A stretch of DNA of 64,000 bases from an uncultured Chloroflexia bacterium (GTDB lineage Bacteria > Chloroflexota > Limnocylindria > Limnocylindrales > CSP1-4), in NCBI GenBank assembly GCA_963748625.1, contig CAVVJT010000004.1, positions 128,001-192,000 on the forward strand. Reading direction: 5' to 3'. The notes below the pieces were generated by a model, which saw nothing but the letters and a program-made list of their open reading frames with translations, was not told where the DNA came from and did no database searches. Positions within the stretch are counted from its first letter, which is position 1. Each line of letters opens with the position of its first letter. This document shows, piece after piece, positions 56,389-64,000 of this stretch. Made by a program: the position numbers and the translations under genes.

Positions 56389-56802
56389 CTACGGCTCGAA
56401 GTCCAACGCCCGCACGTGGCGGGGCCGGAACACCGCCAGCGGCCGCCGGTCGAAACTGGCCACCCGCCGGACCTCGAGCCGCTCCGCGGTCGCGACCAGC
56501 AGCGCGTCCGCCAGGCGCGGCTTGTGCTCGGCCGCCTCGCGCATCAGTGCCTGGGCCCGCACGAGGTCATCCCGCGTGGGCGCCACAAGCCGGATCGCGT
56601 CCGAGACAAGCGCGCTCACGAGGGCCTCGGATGCGCGGGCGCCGAGCTCACGCTGGAGGAGCAGGTCGAGCTCGGCCAGCCCAAGCGCCCCCAGCAGCAG
56701 CGGCTCATCGGCCCTCGCGAACCAGGCGACCGCTGCAGCGTGGTTGAGATCCGCCGCGTCCGCCGCCGCCAGCACTGCCGACGGGTCCAGGAGGATCGCC
56801 AC
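56389..56802 (-). CDS. vapC: PIN-domain toxin
   Basis: ILLDPS, LAE, LADAL, SFDRR acidic residues; abuts the antitoxin stop. Confidence 0.88.
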   Translation of the reverse strand: MAILLDPSAVLAAADAADLNHAAAVAWFARADEPLLLGALGLAELDLLLQRELGARASEALVSALVSDAIRLVAPTRDDLVRAQALMREAAEHKPRLADALLVATAERLEVRRVASFDRRPLAVFRPRHVRALDFEP

Positions 56803-57050
56803 TACCGCTCCCCTGCCCTGCGCCCGGCCTCACGGCGCACGATCGAGCGCCCGTCGAGCGAGAGCCGCCCGTGCGTCGACCGGCCGATGGCGAGGAACGG
56901 GAACTGCGGCGGGACCTCGTGCTCGGCGAGCCACGCCTCGATCGACTCGGTGATCACCGCGGTCTTCGTGCGTCCTTCGCGTCGGACGTGGCGGTCAAGC
57001 CGCTCCAGCAGGTCGGCATCGATGAGGATGGTCGTGCGAACGGTTGGCAT
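56802..57050 (-). CDS. vapB: Ribbon-helix-helix (CopG-like) antitoxin
   Basis: RTTILID.DLLERL...EGRTKTAVITESIE; upstream of the PIN gene. Confidence 0.85.
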   Translation of the reverse strand: MPTVRTTILIDADLLERLDRHVRREGRTKTAVITESIEAWLAEHEVPPQFPFLAIGRSTHGRLSLDGRSIVRREAGRRAGER

Positions 57051-57062
57051 ATGACGTCATAT
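57049..57062. promoter_or_regulatory. Perfect palindrome ATATGACGTCATAT, probable vapBC autorepression operator
   Basis: 14-bp perfect inverted repeat in an AT-rich patch, overlapping the vapB start and -10 region. Confidence 0.65.
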
Positions 57063-57148
57063 ATACCTCGATGGACGATCGCCTGCCACCTCGGGCACCA
57101 TGCGCGTCTCGCTCCCCGCCCCGACAACACCTGGAGACCCCCGTCCCG

Positions 57149-58732
57149 ATGAAGATCCTGGCCGTCGAGCCCATCTCCGCCGAAGGCCTCGAGATCCTGC
57201 GTCGTCATCACGAGGTCGACGAGCGACTCGGCCTCGCGAAGGAGCAGCTCCTCGAGATCATCCCCGAGTACGACGCCCTGGTCGTCCGCAGCCAGGTCAG
57301 GGCCGACGCGGATGTGATCGCGGCGGGCACCCGGCTCGTGGTCATCGGGCGGGCGGGCGTCGGCGTGGACAACGTGGACCTCGAGGCGGCAACGAAGGCG
57401 GGCGTCACGGTCGTCAACGCGCCGACCGGCAACACGATCGCCGCCGCCGAGCACACGCTTGCCCTCATGTTCGGCCTCGCCCGGCACATCGCGCCCGCCG
57501 ATGCCTCGATGCGCCGGGGCGAGTGGAAGCGGAGCACGTTCACCGGCACCGAGCTGCGCGGCAAGACACTGGCCATCGTGGGGCTGGGCAAGATCGGCCA
57601 GGCCATCGCCAAGCGTGCCCGCGCCATGGAGATGGTGGTCATCGGATCGGACCCGTTCGTGACCGCAGACCAGGCCGCGACGTTCGGCGTGGAGCTGGTC
57701 ACGTTCGAGGAGCTGGTCCCGCGCGCCGACCTCATCACTGTCCACGTGCCCAAGACCCGCGCGACGGCGGGCCTCATCAACGCCGACGTCATCGGGCGGA
57801 TGAAGTCCAACGTGATGCTGTTCAATGTCGCGCGGGGCGGCGTGGTGGACGAGCAGGCCGTGGCCGACGCGCTCAAAGCCGGCCGGATCGCGGGCGCCGC
57901 CTTCGACGTCTTCGACGCCGAGCCACCGACGGGCTCGCCGCTGTTCAACGCGCCGAACACGCTCCTCACACCCCATCTCGGCGCGTCCACGGCCGAGGCC
58001 CAGGTCGCCGTGGCTGTCGAGGTGGCCGAGCAGGTCCTCGAGGTCCTCGACGGGCGCTCCGCCCGGTACGCCGTCAATGCCCCGCTTCTGACGCCCGAGA
58101 CGGCCCAGGCGATCGCGCCGTACCTGCCGCTCGCGGAGACCCTGGGCTCGGTTCTGGCGCAGCTCGCCCGGACCGCGCCCAAGACGCTCACGGTGGAGAT
58201 CGCCGGCGAGCCCGCCGCCTACGACGCGTCGTCGCTGGTGGCTGCCGTGCTGCGCGGCCTGCTCGAGACCACGACGACGGACCGCGTCAACCTGATCAAT
58301 GCGGCCACCCAGGCCAAGGCCCGCGGGATCACCGTGGTGGAGCGCAAGACCCCGGACGCCGGCGACTACAGCTCGCTGCTCACCGTCACCGCGGAGACGG
58401 ATGGCGGCCCGGTCTCGGTCGCAGGGATCGTGGCGCTCGGCGAGCCCCGGATCGTGCGCCTGCACGGGCTGAAGATGGACCTCGCACCGGCCGAGGTGAT
58501 GCTCATCTCGCACCACCACGACCAGCCGGGCCTGGTGGGCCGCGTCGGCGCGCTGCTCGGCACCGCGGACGTCAACATCAGCTCGATGACGCTCGCCCGA
58601 TCGGCGCCGCGGGGCGACGCCTTCATGGTGCTCTGCCTCGATGATGTGCCGCCGGTGACGCTGGTGGACGACATCAACGCCGTCGAGGGGATGGTCGACA
58701 CCTGGCTCGTGCGGCTGGGCGCCAGCCGGTGA
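57149..58732 (+). CDS. serA: D-3-phosphoglycerate dehydrogenase (with ASB and ACT domains)
   Basis: [51 protein letters not shown]...NISSM. Confidence 0.95.
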   Translation: MKILAVEPISAEGLEILRRHHEVDERLGLAKEQLLEIIPEYDALVVRSQVRADADVIAAGTRLVVIGRAGVGVDNVDLEAATKAGVTVVNAPTGNTIAAAEHTLALMFGLARHIAPADASMRRGEWKRSTFTGTELRGKTLAIVGLGKIGQAIAKRARAMEMVVIGSDPFVTADQAATFGVELVTFEELVPRADLITVHVPKTRATAGLINADVIGRMKSNVMLFNVARGGVVDEQAVADALKAGRIAGAAFDVFDAEPPTGSPLFNAPNTLLTPHLGASTAEAQVAVAVEVAEQVLEVLDGRSARYAVNAPLLTPETAQAIAPYLPLAETLGSVLAQLARTAPKTLTVEIAGEPAAYDASSLVAAVLRGLLETTTTDRVNLINAATQAKARGITVVERKTPDAGDYSSLLTVTAETDGGPVSVAGIVALGEPRIVRLHGLKMDLAPAEVMLISHHHDQPGLVGRVGALLGTADVNISSMTLARSAPRGDAFMVLCLDDVPPVTLVDDINAVEGMVDTWLVRLGASR

Positions 58733-59607
58733 CGGGCGGGCCAATCGACCCGGGAGGGCCGCTGGACCCGGGCGGGCCGCTGATCCCCGACGGCCTCGAC
58801 GCGACGCTCGTCCTGCTCCGGCACGGTGAGTCGGAGTGGATCCGCGAGAACCGCTTCCAGGGACAGGGGGAGACGCCGCTGTCCGAGATGGGGCGCCGCC
58901 AGGCGGCCCTGGCCGGAGCGCGGCTCGCGCATCCGCATGCCGTGCCGCCGCTCCCGCTCCCAGCCGGGCTGCCAGTGGAGATCGTGCACTCGCCGTTGGG
59001 TCGTACCACGGAGACCGCACAGGCCGTCGCCGACGCGATCACCGACACCGTCACCGGGGCCGCGGCGCCCGGCGTGACCCTGCCCGTACTGCGCGCGGAT
59101 GGGGGCCTCCTCGAGATCGGCCAGGGCGGGTGGGAGGGTGTCGAGCACGACGAGATCGCACGCCGCTGGCGTGGCGAGCTGTCGGCCTGGCGGGCCACGC
59201 CCTGGTCGCACGTCGCGCCCGGCGGTGAGACCCTCCAGCAGGTGCAGGCCCGGCTCCGGCCAGCCCTCGCAGGAATCCTGGAACACCTCGGGCGCGACTA
59301 CCCGCGGGGCTCCTTCGACCGCCCCCAGGTCAGCGGCTACCCGGGGGTCAACCCGCATGCGAGCCAGCCCTGGTCGATCCTCGTGGGCCATGACGGGGTG
59401 TTCAAGGTCGCGATGCTCACGCTCTTCGACCTCCCACTCGAGCGGTTCTGGATGTTCACGATGGGCCTCACGGGCATCACGATCGTGGAGATCCGCGGCG
59501 GCCGGCCGGTCGTGCGTGCAGCAAACCTCACCGACCATCTCGCGCCGCTGCACGATGAGGCAGCCCAGGCCAAGGCGGACGAGCGGGGGCGAAGGGGCGC
59601 CCTGTAG
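58729..59607 (+). CDS. Histidine phosphatase family protein (possible phosphoserine phosphatase)
   Basis: LLRHGESEW...[33 protein letters not shown]; GTGA overlap with serA. Confidence 0.85.
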   Translation: MTGGPIDPGGPLDPGGPLIPDGLDATLVLLRHGESEWIRENRFQGQGETPLSEMGRRQAALAGARLAHPHAVPPLPLPAGLPVEIVHSPLGRTTETAQAVADAITDTVTGAAAPGVTLPVLRADGGLLEIGQGGWEGVEHDEIARRWRGELSAWRATPWSHVAPGGETLQQVQARLRPALAGILEHLGRDYPRGSFDRPQVSGYPGVNPHASQPWSILVGHDGVFKVAMLTLFDLPLERFWMFTMGLTGITIVEIRGGRPVVRAANLTDHLAPLHDEAAQAKADERGRRGAL

Positions 59608-59623
59608 ACCGTGCCGGCACGAA

Positions 59624-59680
59624 TGCCGGGCGCCACGCGTGCCGGGCGCCACGCGTGCCGGGCGCCACGCGTGCCGGGCG
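59624..59680. repeat. 16-bp tandem repeat TGCCGGGCGCCACGCG, about 3.5 copies
   Basis: Exact units at 59624, 59640 and 59656, partial unit at 59672; lies between convergent genes. Confidence 0.85.
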
Positions 59681-59694
59681 ATGGGGCCTGGAGG

Positions 59695-62040
59695 CTACCG
59701 GCGCCGGCGACCGCGCCGCGGCCGCCGGAAGGCGAGCCGGAGCAGCGAGATCCGCAACCGCCGGGTGGCGTCACGCACCGCGTCGAGCCGCGCGCCACCG
59801 AGGTGCACCCTTGCGTACTGGGTCTCCACCTTCGCGTCGGCGACCGTCTGCAGGTCTTCCCGCGCGATCGGCACCAGCTCGGCGAGCGTGCCCGCGTACT
59901 CGTACACCGTCTGCGTGGGCCGGGGGCCGAAGCCGAACCGCGAGGCGGCCTTCAGCATTGTCGCCCACGCAGCGTCAGGGCTGACCTCCGTGCGCGGACC
60001 CCGCATCCAGGCGGCGATTGCAAGGCCGATCACCACGACGGCGAGGAGCACCGCCAGCACGATCAGGACCATCCGGTCCACCGGGGCGCCGTCCGGGGTC
60101 GGAATGACCTCACCCGCCGGGGTGTCGCCGTTCAGGAGACGGGTCGGGTCGGGCTGCTCGGGCAGGCGCGACACTGCGGGGGTCGGGGCCGCCGCCTCGA
60201 CCGCCGGGCCTGCCGGGATCACCGATGGGCGCCCCACCCCGCCGCCGGTGGGATCGAAGGAGATCCACCCATAGCCCGGGAAGTACACCTCGACCCAGGC
60301 GTGGGCATTCTGGGCCTGGACCGTCTCGACGCCGCCGCTGCGCGTGCCCGGCAGGAAGCCCTGGATCAGGCGGGTGGGGATCGGGTTGTCGGGGTTGGCA
60401 GCCCGGAGCAGGATCGCCATCGTGGAGGCGTAGTGGAGGCAGTAGCCCCGCTGGCTTCGGGCGAAGCACTCCACGGCGCTCACCACGTCGCACGGCCCCG
60501 TGCCGTTGACGGTGTACTGGAAGTGGATCTCATCCTGCAGGTAGGCCTGCATCACCAGGGCCAGCGTGTACGGATCACGGTCCGGCGCCTCGGCGAGGAT
60601 GGCGGCCAGCAGCTCCTGCGAGTCTGGGCCCAGCGCGTCCGCCGGCACATCCGTGTAGCGGGCGCTGATCTCGGGCGGGTAGTCCTCGGACGCCGCCTGC
60701 AACTGGTTGCCCGTGATGCCGTTGACGATGCCGCCCTCCAGGAGGTCCTCGTCAGCGATCTGGAGCACCGCGGCGTAGACGGTGTAACGATCCTGGTCGT
60801 CGGACACCTCCACGCCCGCGAGGGAGCCCTCCTCGCCCTGCAGCAGCACGTCCGCGAGCCGGTCGGCGACCACCGGGATGCCCGGCGCGAGCATCAGCTT
60901 GTCCTTGTACTGGTCGGCCTCGATCGTGGCGGACACGGGGAAGGTGAGATCGCGTGACGCCTCTTCGGGCGTCCCGGCGAGGAGGGCGGCGCCGCCCTCG
61001 ATCGGGATGCGCCTCACGTCGGTCTGCACCCACGCCCCGAGGGCGAACGTGTCGTAGCTGGCGGCGCGCCAGCGGACCTCCGGCATCCCCGCATCGATCT
61101 CGGCGGTGAAGGCGACCCCGTCCCCGCTGAACCACCGTGGCCGGATGACCGCCGAGGATCCGAAGGTGACAGCACCACCCCCGCGGGTGTCCGGGCCCAT
61201 CGGGAACAGGCGGGCGATCTCCTGGCCGATCTGGATGAACTGGTCGTCCACGCCATTCCAGGCGCCGGCAAGCGGGGCGGATGCGGCCCGGGTGGTCAGC
61301 AGCAGGCTCCCGACCGTCGCGAGGACGATGAAGACCGTCCCGCCCTTGAGGTACATGCTCGACAGGGCCGCCGGATCCCCGATCCGCCTGCGCAGCCAGG
61401 TGGAGCGCTCGTCGAACCCGTGCATGAGGATCAGCAGGAACAGCGACGCCACCGTGAACAGGATCAGGAAGGGCAGCTGGTTGCGGGTGGTCAGCGCCAT
61501 GTTCCAGACCAGCACGAGGCCCACCATCACCACCCCGTTGAGCGGCTTGTGATGGCCGAAGACCGCATACCCGAAGAACTGGGCCGTGCCCCACACGACC
61601 CCGCCGAGGACCACGACGTAGTGGACCTCCTGGCTCGTGTACTGGAGGCCGCGCCAGGCGATGTCGAGGTAGGCCTCAGCGGTGCCCTCGGCTGCGATCC
61701 GGAAGGCCACCGCAGGCTCGGCGCCCGGCACCATGGCCCAGCCGGCCAGGATCGGGATGAGGAGGCCGGCGAAGATCGCTCCGATGCCATGGGTGGTCCA
61801 GCGTCCCCAGCCCACCTTGGGTCCGAGCATGCCGAAGCCGAGACCCAGCAGGGCCATGGTCATCAGGTCGTCGGTGACGGCTCCACGGCCGTTGACCCAG
61901 GCGGGATCGTCCACGGCCCAGGCCATCACGAGCACGATCACGATCGACAGGATGACGGTGGTCCAGCCCTCGGCCGGCCGGCGCAGGCCGGGGCGCTCGG
62001 GCTGGTCGGCCAGCGGCACCGGGGTCACGAAGCCGCTCAT
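59695..62040 (-). CDS. Transglutaminase-like membrane protein (TgpA/DUF3488-type)
   Basis: Multi-TM N-terminus; RWRAASYD; GYCLHYASTMAILLR; NAHAWVEVYFPGYGWISFDPT; C-terminal TM and DUF4129-like end. Confidence 0.9.
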   Translation of the reverse strand: MSGFVTPVPLADQPERPGLRRPAEGWTTVILSIVIVLVMAWAVDDPAWVNGRGAVTDDLMTMALLGLGFGMLGPKVGWGRWTTHGIGAIFAGLLIPILAGWAMVPGAEPAVAFRIAAEGTAEAYLDIAWRGLQYTSQEVHYVVVLGGVVWGTAQFFGYAVFGHHKPLNGVVMVGLVLVWNMALTTRNQLPFLILFTVASLFLLILMHGFDERSTWLRRRIGDPAALSSMYLKGGTVFIVLATVGSLLLTTRAASAPLAGAWNGVDDQFIQIGQEIARLFPMGPDTRGGGAVTFGSSAVIRPRWFSGDGVAFTAEIDAGMPEVRWRAASYDTFALGAWVQTDVRRIPIEGGAALLAGTPEEASRDLTFPVSATIEADQYKDKLMLAPGIPVVADRLADVLLQGEEGSLAGVEVSDDQDRYTVYAAVLQIADEDLLEGGIVNGITGNQLQAASEDYPPEISARYTDVPADALGPDSQELLAAILAEAPDRDPYTLALVMQAYLQDEIHFQYTVNGTGPCDVVSAVECFARSQRGYCLHYASTMAILLRAANPDNPIPTRLIQGFLPGTRSGGVETVQAQNAHAWVEVYFPGYGWISFDPTGGGVGRPSVIPAGPAVEAAAPTPAVSRLPEQPDPTRLLNGDTPAGEVIPTPDGAPVDRMVLIVLAVLLAVVVIGLAIAAWMRGPRTEVSPDAAWATMLKAASRFGFGPRPTQTVYEYAGTLAELVPIAREDLQTVADAKVETQYARVHLGGARLDAVRDATRRLRISLLRLAFRRPRRGRRRR

Positions 62041-63251
62041 CGGGCCAATGCCTCCGCCAGGGGCTGGTGCGGGCCGACCACGTGGGTCCGGAGCTCGTAC
62101 TCGGCCAGGGTGTGGCGCAGCGCCCGGCGATGCTGGGCGTCCAGCTCCCGTCCAGCTTCGTCCGGGGCCGGGTCGAACGCCGTGACGTCGAGCGACACCA
62201 CGACCGTGGCGATGCCGCGGTTGCGCAGGACCGCGAGCGGCCGCACGAACGCCGGGTCCAGGGCCGGCGTGAGGATGATGGCTGTCATGCCCCGGCGAAG
62301 GCGGCCCAGGCCCGTGGCCAGCGCCTCGTTGAGCGGGGCCGTCCCGTCGGCCTCCACGGCCGCGAGCAGCTGGAGGATCTTGAGCCGCTGGCGGGCGCCA
62401 CGATCCGGGGGCAGGACGGTGAGGCGGTGGGCACTCACCGTCACGCCGACGGCACGGTTCTCACCGATCGCCTTGTCCGCGATGGACGCCGCCGCGCGGA
62501 CCATGACCTCCGTGGTCGAGTCGTCCCCATGTCCGGCGGCCACGGCGGCGTCAAGGTCCAGGAACAGCCAGGCGTCGGCGGTCTGCTCCAGCTCGAACTC
62601 CTTGACCTGGATCTCCCCGGTGCGGGCCGTCGTGCGCCAGTGGATCCGGTTCATCGAATCACCCGGGGCGTAGGGCCGGACCGTGGTCGCGAGCGGCGTC
62701 GTCTGGAGCGTGCGCTCGGGAGCCGCGTGGGCGCCCTCGATGCTGGCAGGTGGCAGGCGCCACATCGGCAGTGCGTCGATGCGCGGGTAGACCACCACGG
62801 TGATCCCCTGCCCCACGCCGGCCGATGCCTCGAAGAAGCCGAAGGGGTCGCCGGTGCGGATCTGGAGCGGCTCGACGCGGAAGTGGCCGCGGCGTGTCAA
62901 CGGCGTGCGCACCAGCCACGAGCGCTCCTCGCGTCCGCCAAGCGACAACGCCCGCCCAGGCAGGCCTCCGGGCAGCGTGGACGGGTTGTGGATCTCCAGC
63001 CAGGGCTTGGGCAGGCGGCCCGTGTTGCGCAGCGTGTAGGTGACCCGCAGGGTGTCGCCCACGTGGGCGGCGAGCTGGCTGACCGCGTACCCGGCCTCCA
63101 GGTCCGTCAGGCCCAGGCGCGTGAGGATGTAGCTGCCGCCCCCGACAAGCAGGCCGGCGTACAGCAGGAAGAACAGGAACGGCCAGCCTGTCGAGAATGC
63201 GGCCACCACGAGGATGACTGCGAGCACCAGGACCTGGAGCCGGCGGATCAT
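62037..63251 (-). CDS. DUF58-domain protein
   Basis: RRG...GDPFG, VYPRI, VRPYAPGDSMNRIHWRTTAR...VKEFE. Confidence 0.9.
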   Translation of the reverse strand: MIRRLQVLVLAVILVVAAFSTGWPFLFFLLYAGLLVGGGSYILTRLGLTDLEAGYAVSQLAAHVGDTLRVTYTLRNTGRLPKPWLEIHNPSTLPGGLPGRALSLGGREERSWLVRTPLTRRGHFRVEPLQIRTGDPFGFFEASAGVGQGITVVVYPRIDALPMWRLPPASIEGAHAAPERTLQTTPLATTVRPYAPGDSMNRIHWRTTARTGEIQVKEFELEQTADAWLFLDLDAAVAAGHGDDSTTEVMVRAAASIADKAIGENRAVGVTVSAHRLTVLPPDRGARQRLKILQLLAAVEADGTAPLNEALATGLGRLRRGMTAIILTPALDPAFVRPLAVLRNRGIATVVVSLDVTAFDPAPDEAGRELDAQHRRALRHTLAEYELRTHVVGPHQPLAEALAR

Positions 63252-63294
63252 GGGACAGATGCCTCCCCGGGCCGTCGCACGTGGACCGGCCCGG

Positions 63295-64000
63295 TCAGCC
63301 GGCCCCGCTCCGTGTCTTGAGCTCGCCGGGTCCGCCCGTCTGGCGTGCCGCGGCCTCGATGGGCGTCATGTCCATCAGCTCCCGGACGACATGGCTGGCC
63401 GAGATGTCGTGGATCGACGAGGACGTCTTGATGATCACCCGGTGGGCCAGGGCGGGCTCCGCGAGCACCTTGACGTCGTCGGGGATGACGTAGTCGCGGC
63501 CCAGGAGGCCGGCCAGCGCCTGGGACGCGCGGTACAGGGCGATCGACCCGCGGGGGCTGGCACCCAGGTAGACGTCGGGGTGGGTCCGGGTGGAGGAGAC
63601 CAGGCGGACGATGTAGTCGGACACGGCCGGATCGACGTAGATCTCCCGCACGCTGGCCTGGAGCGCCCGCAGCTCCTCGACCGAGCAGACCTCGGTGAGG
63701 TCCTCGAGCGGATGGGTGCGCTTCTGCTCGTCGAGGATGACGATCTCGTCGAGGAGCGCCGGGTAGCCCATCCGGATCCGGAGCATGAACCGGTCCAGCT
63801 GCGCCTCGGGAAGCGCGAAGGTGCCCTCGTACTCGATGGGATTCTGGGTGGCGATGACGAGGAACGGGTCCGGCATCGGGTGGGTGACGCCGTCGATCGT
63901 GGCCTGCCGCTCCTCCATGCACTCGAGGAGGCTCGACTGCGTCTTCGGGGTGGCCCGGTTGATCTCGTCGGCGAGGACGACCTGGCTCAGGATCGGGCCG
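63295..64000 (-). CDS. moxR: MoxR-family AAA+ ATPase, C-terminal part (starts outside the window)
   Basis: [58 protein letters not shown]...LAHR. Confidence 0.93.
   Translation of the reverse strand, partial: GPILSQVVLADEINRATPKTQSSLLECMEERQATIDGVTHPMPDPFLVIATQNPIEYEGTFALPEAQLDRFMLRIRMGYPALLDEIVILDEQKRTHPLEDLTEVCSVEELRALQASVREIYVDPAVSDYIVRLVSSTRTHPDVYLGASPRGSIALYRASQALAGLLGRDYVIPDDVKVLAEPALAHRVIIKTSSSIHDISASHVVRELMDMTPIEAAARQTGGPGELKTRSGAG

Noticed and set aside
59624-59680. CRISPR array
   Set aside because: Repeats are 16 bp, contiguous and lack spacers; no cas genes. The Cas4-like nuclease domain at 46.7 kb is part of a UvrD fusion.
63248-63320. Frameshift in the moxR C-terminus to give an ATGA overlap with the DUF58 gene
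   Set aside because: moxR ends plausibly at 63295 and DUF58 has its own GGAGG SD, so no indel is needed.

Overview
A very GC-rich bacterial chromosomal segment made up almost entirely of housekeeping genes, most on the minus strand. Gene content and several conserved hypotheticals suggest Chloroflexota, possibly Limnocylindria; this is inference only. Main blocks: (1) yifB/comM-dprA, an Ig-like/CAP surface protein and a hypothetical, then the coupled run topA-xerC-murJ-femAB-femAB; (2) a REC-CpaE/MinD ATPase, an nfeD-stomatin pair, NUDIX and tyrA; (3) a NarL-type regulator, a small Zn-ribbon/Arg-rich protein, trpB2, thpR and ppa; (4) a stand-alone DnaB-like ATPase lacking its N-terminal domain, an M20 dipeptidase, ftsH and a tRNA(CAU); (5) a Pro-rich membrane protein and a flotillin, both frameshifted, plus a second nfeD; (6) mrfAB-like helicase/exonuclease behind a probable LexA box, pfkB, ychF, a D-2-hydroxyacid dehydrogenase, a zincin, murI, a second REC-CpaE, a methyltransferase, an agmatinase and an M20 amidohydrolase; (7) a UvrD/PD-(D/E)XK helicase-nuclease with a DNA methyltransferase and a HAD hydrolase; (8) rarA-murJ2, a C39-like peptidase, an RDD protein, vapBC, serA with a histidine phosphatase, and a moxR-DUF58-transglutaminase operon. 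I saw no prophage, IS element, CRISPR array or rRNA. Best leads for undescribed biology: the helicase-nuclease/methyltransferase/HAD unit, the headless DnaB-like ATPase, the Zn-ribbon protein with tandem Arg motifs, the flotillin C-terminal domain, a structured intergenic segment next to vapC, and widespread leaderless gene architecture. All calls come from reading motifs by eye; no database searches were run.
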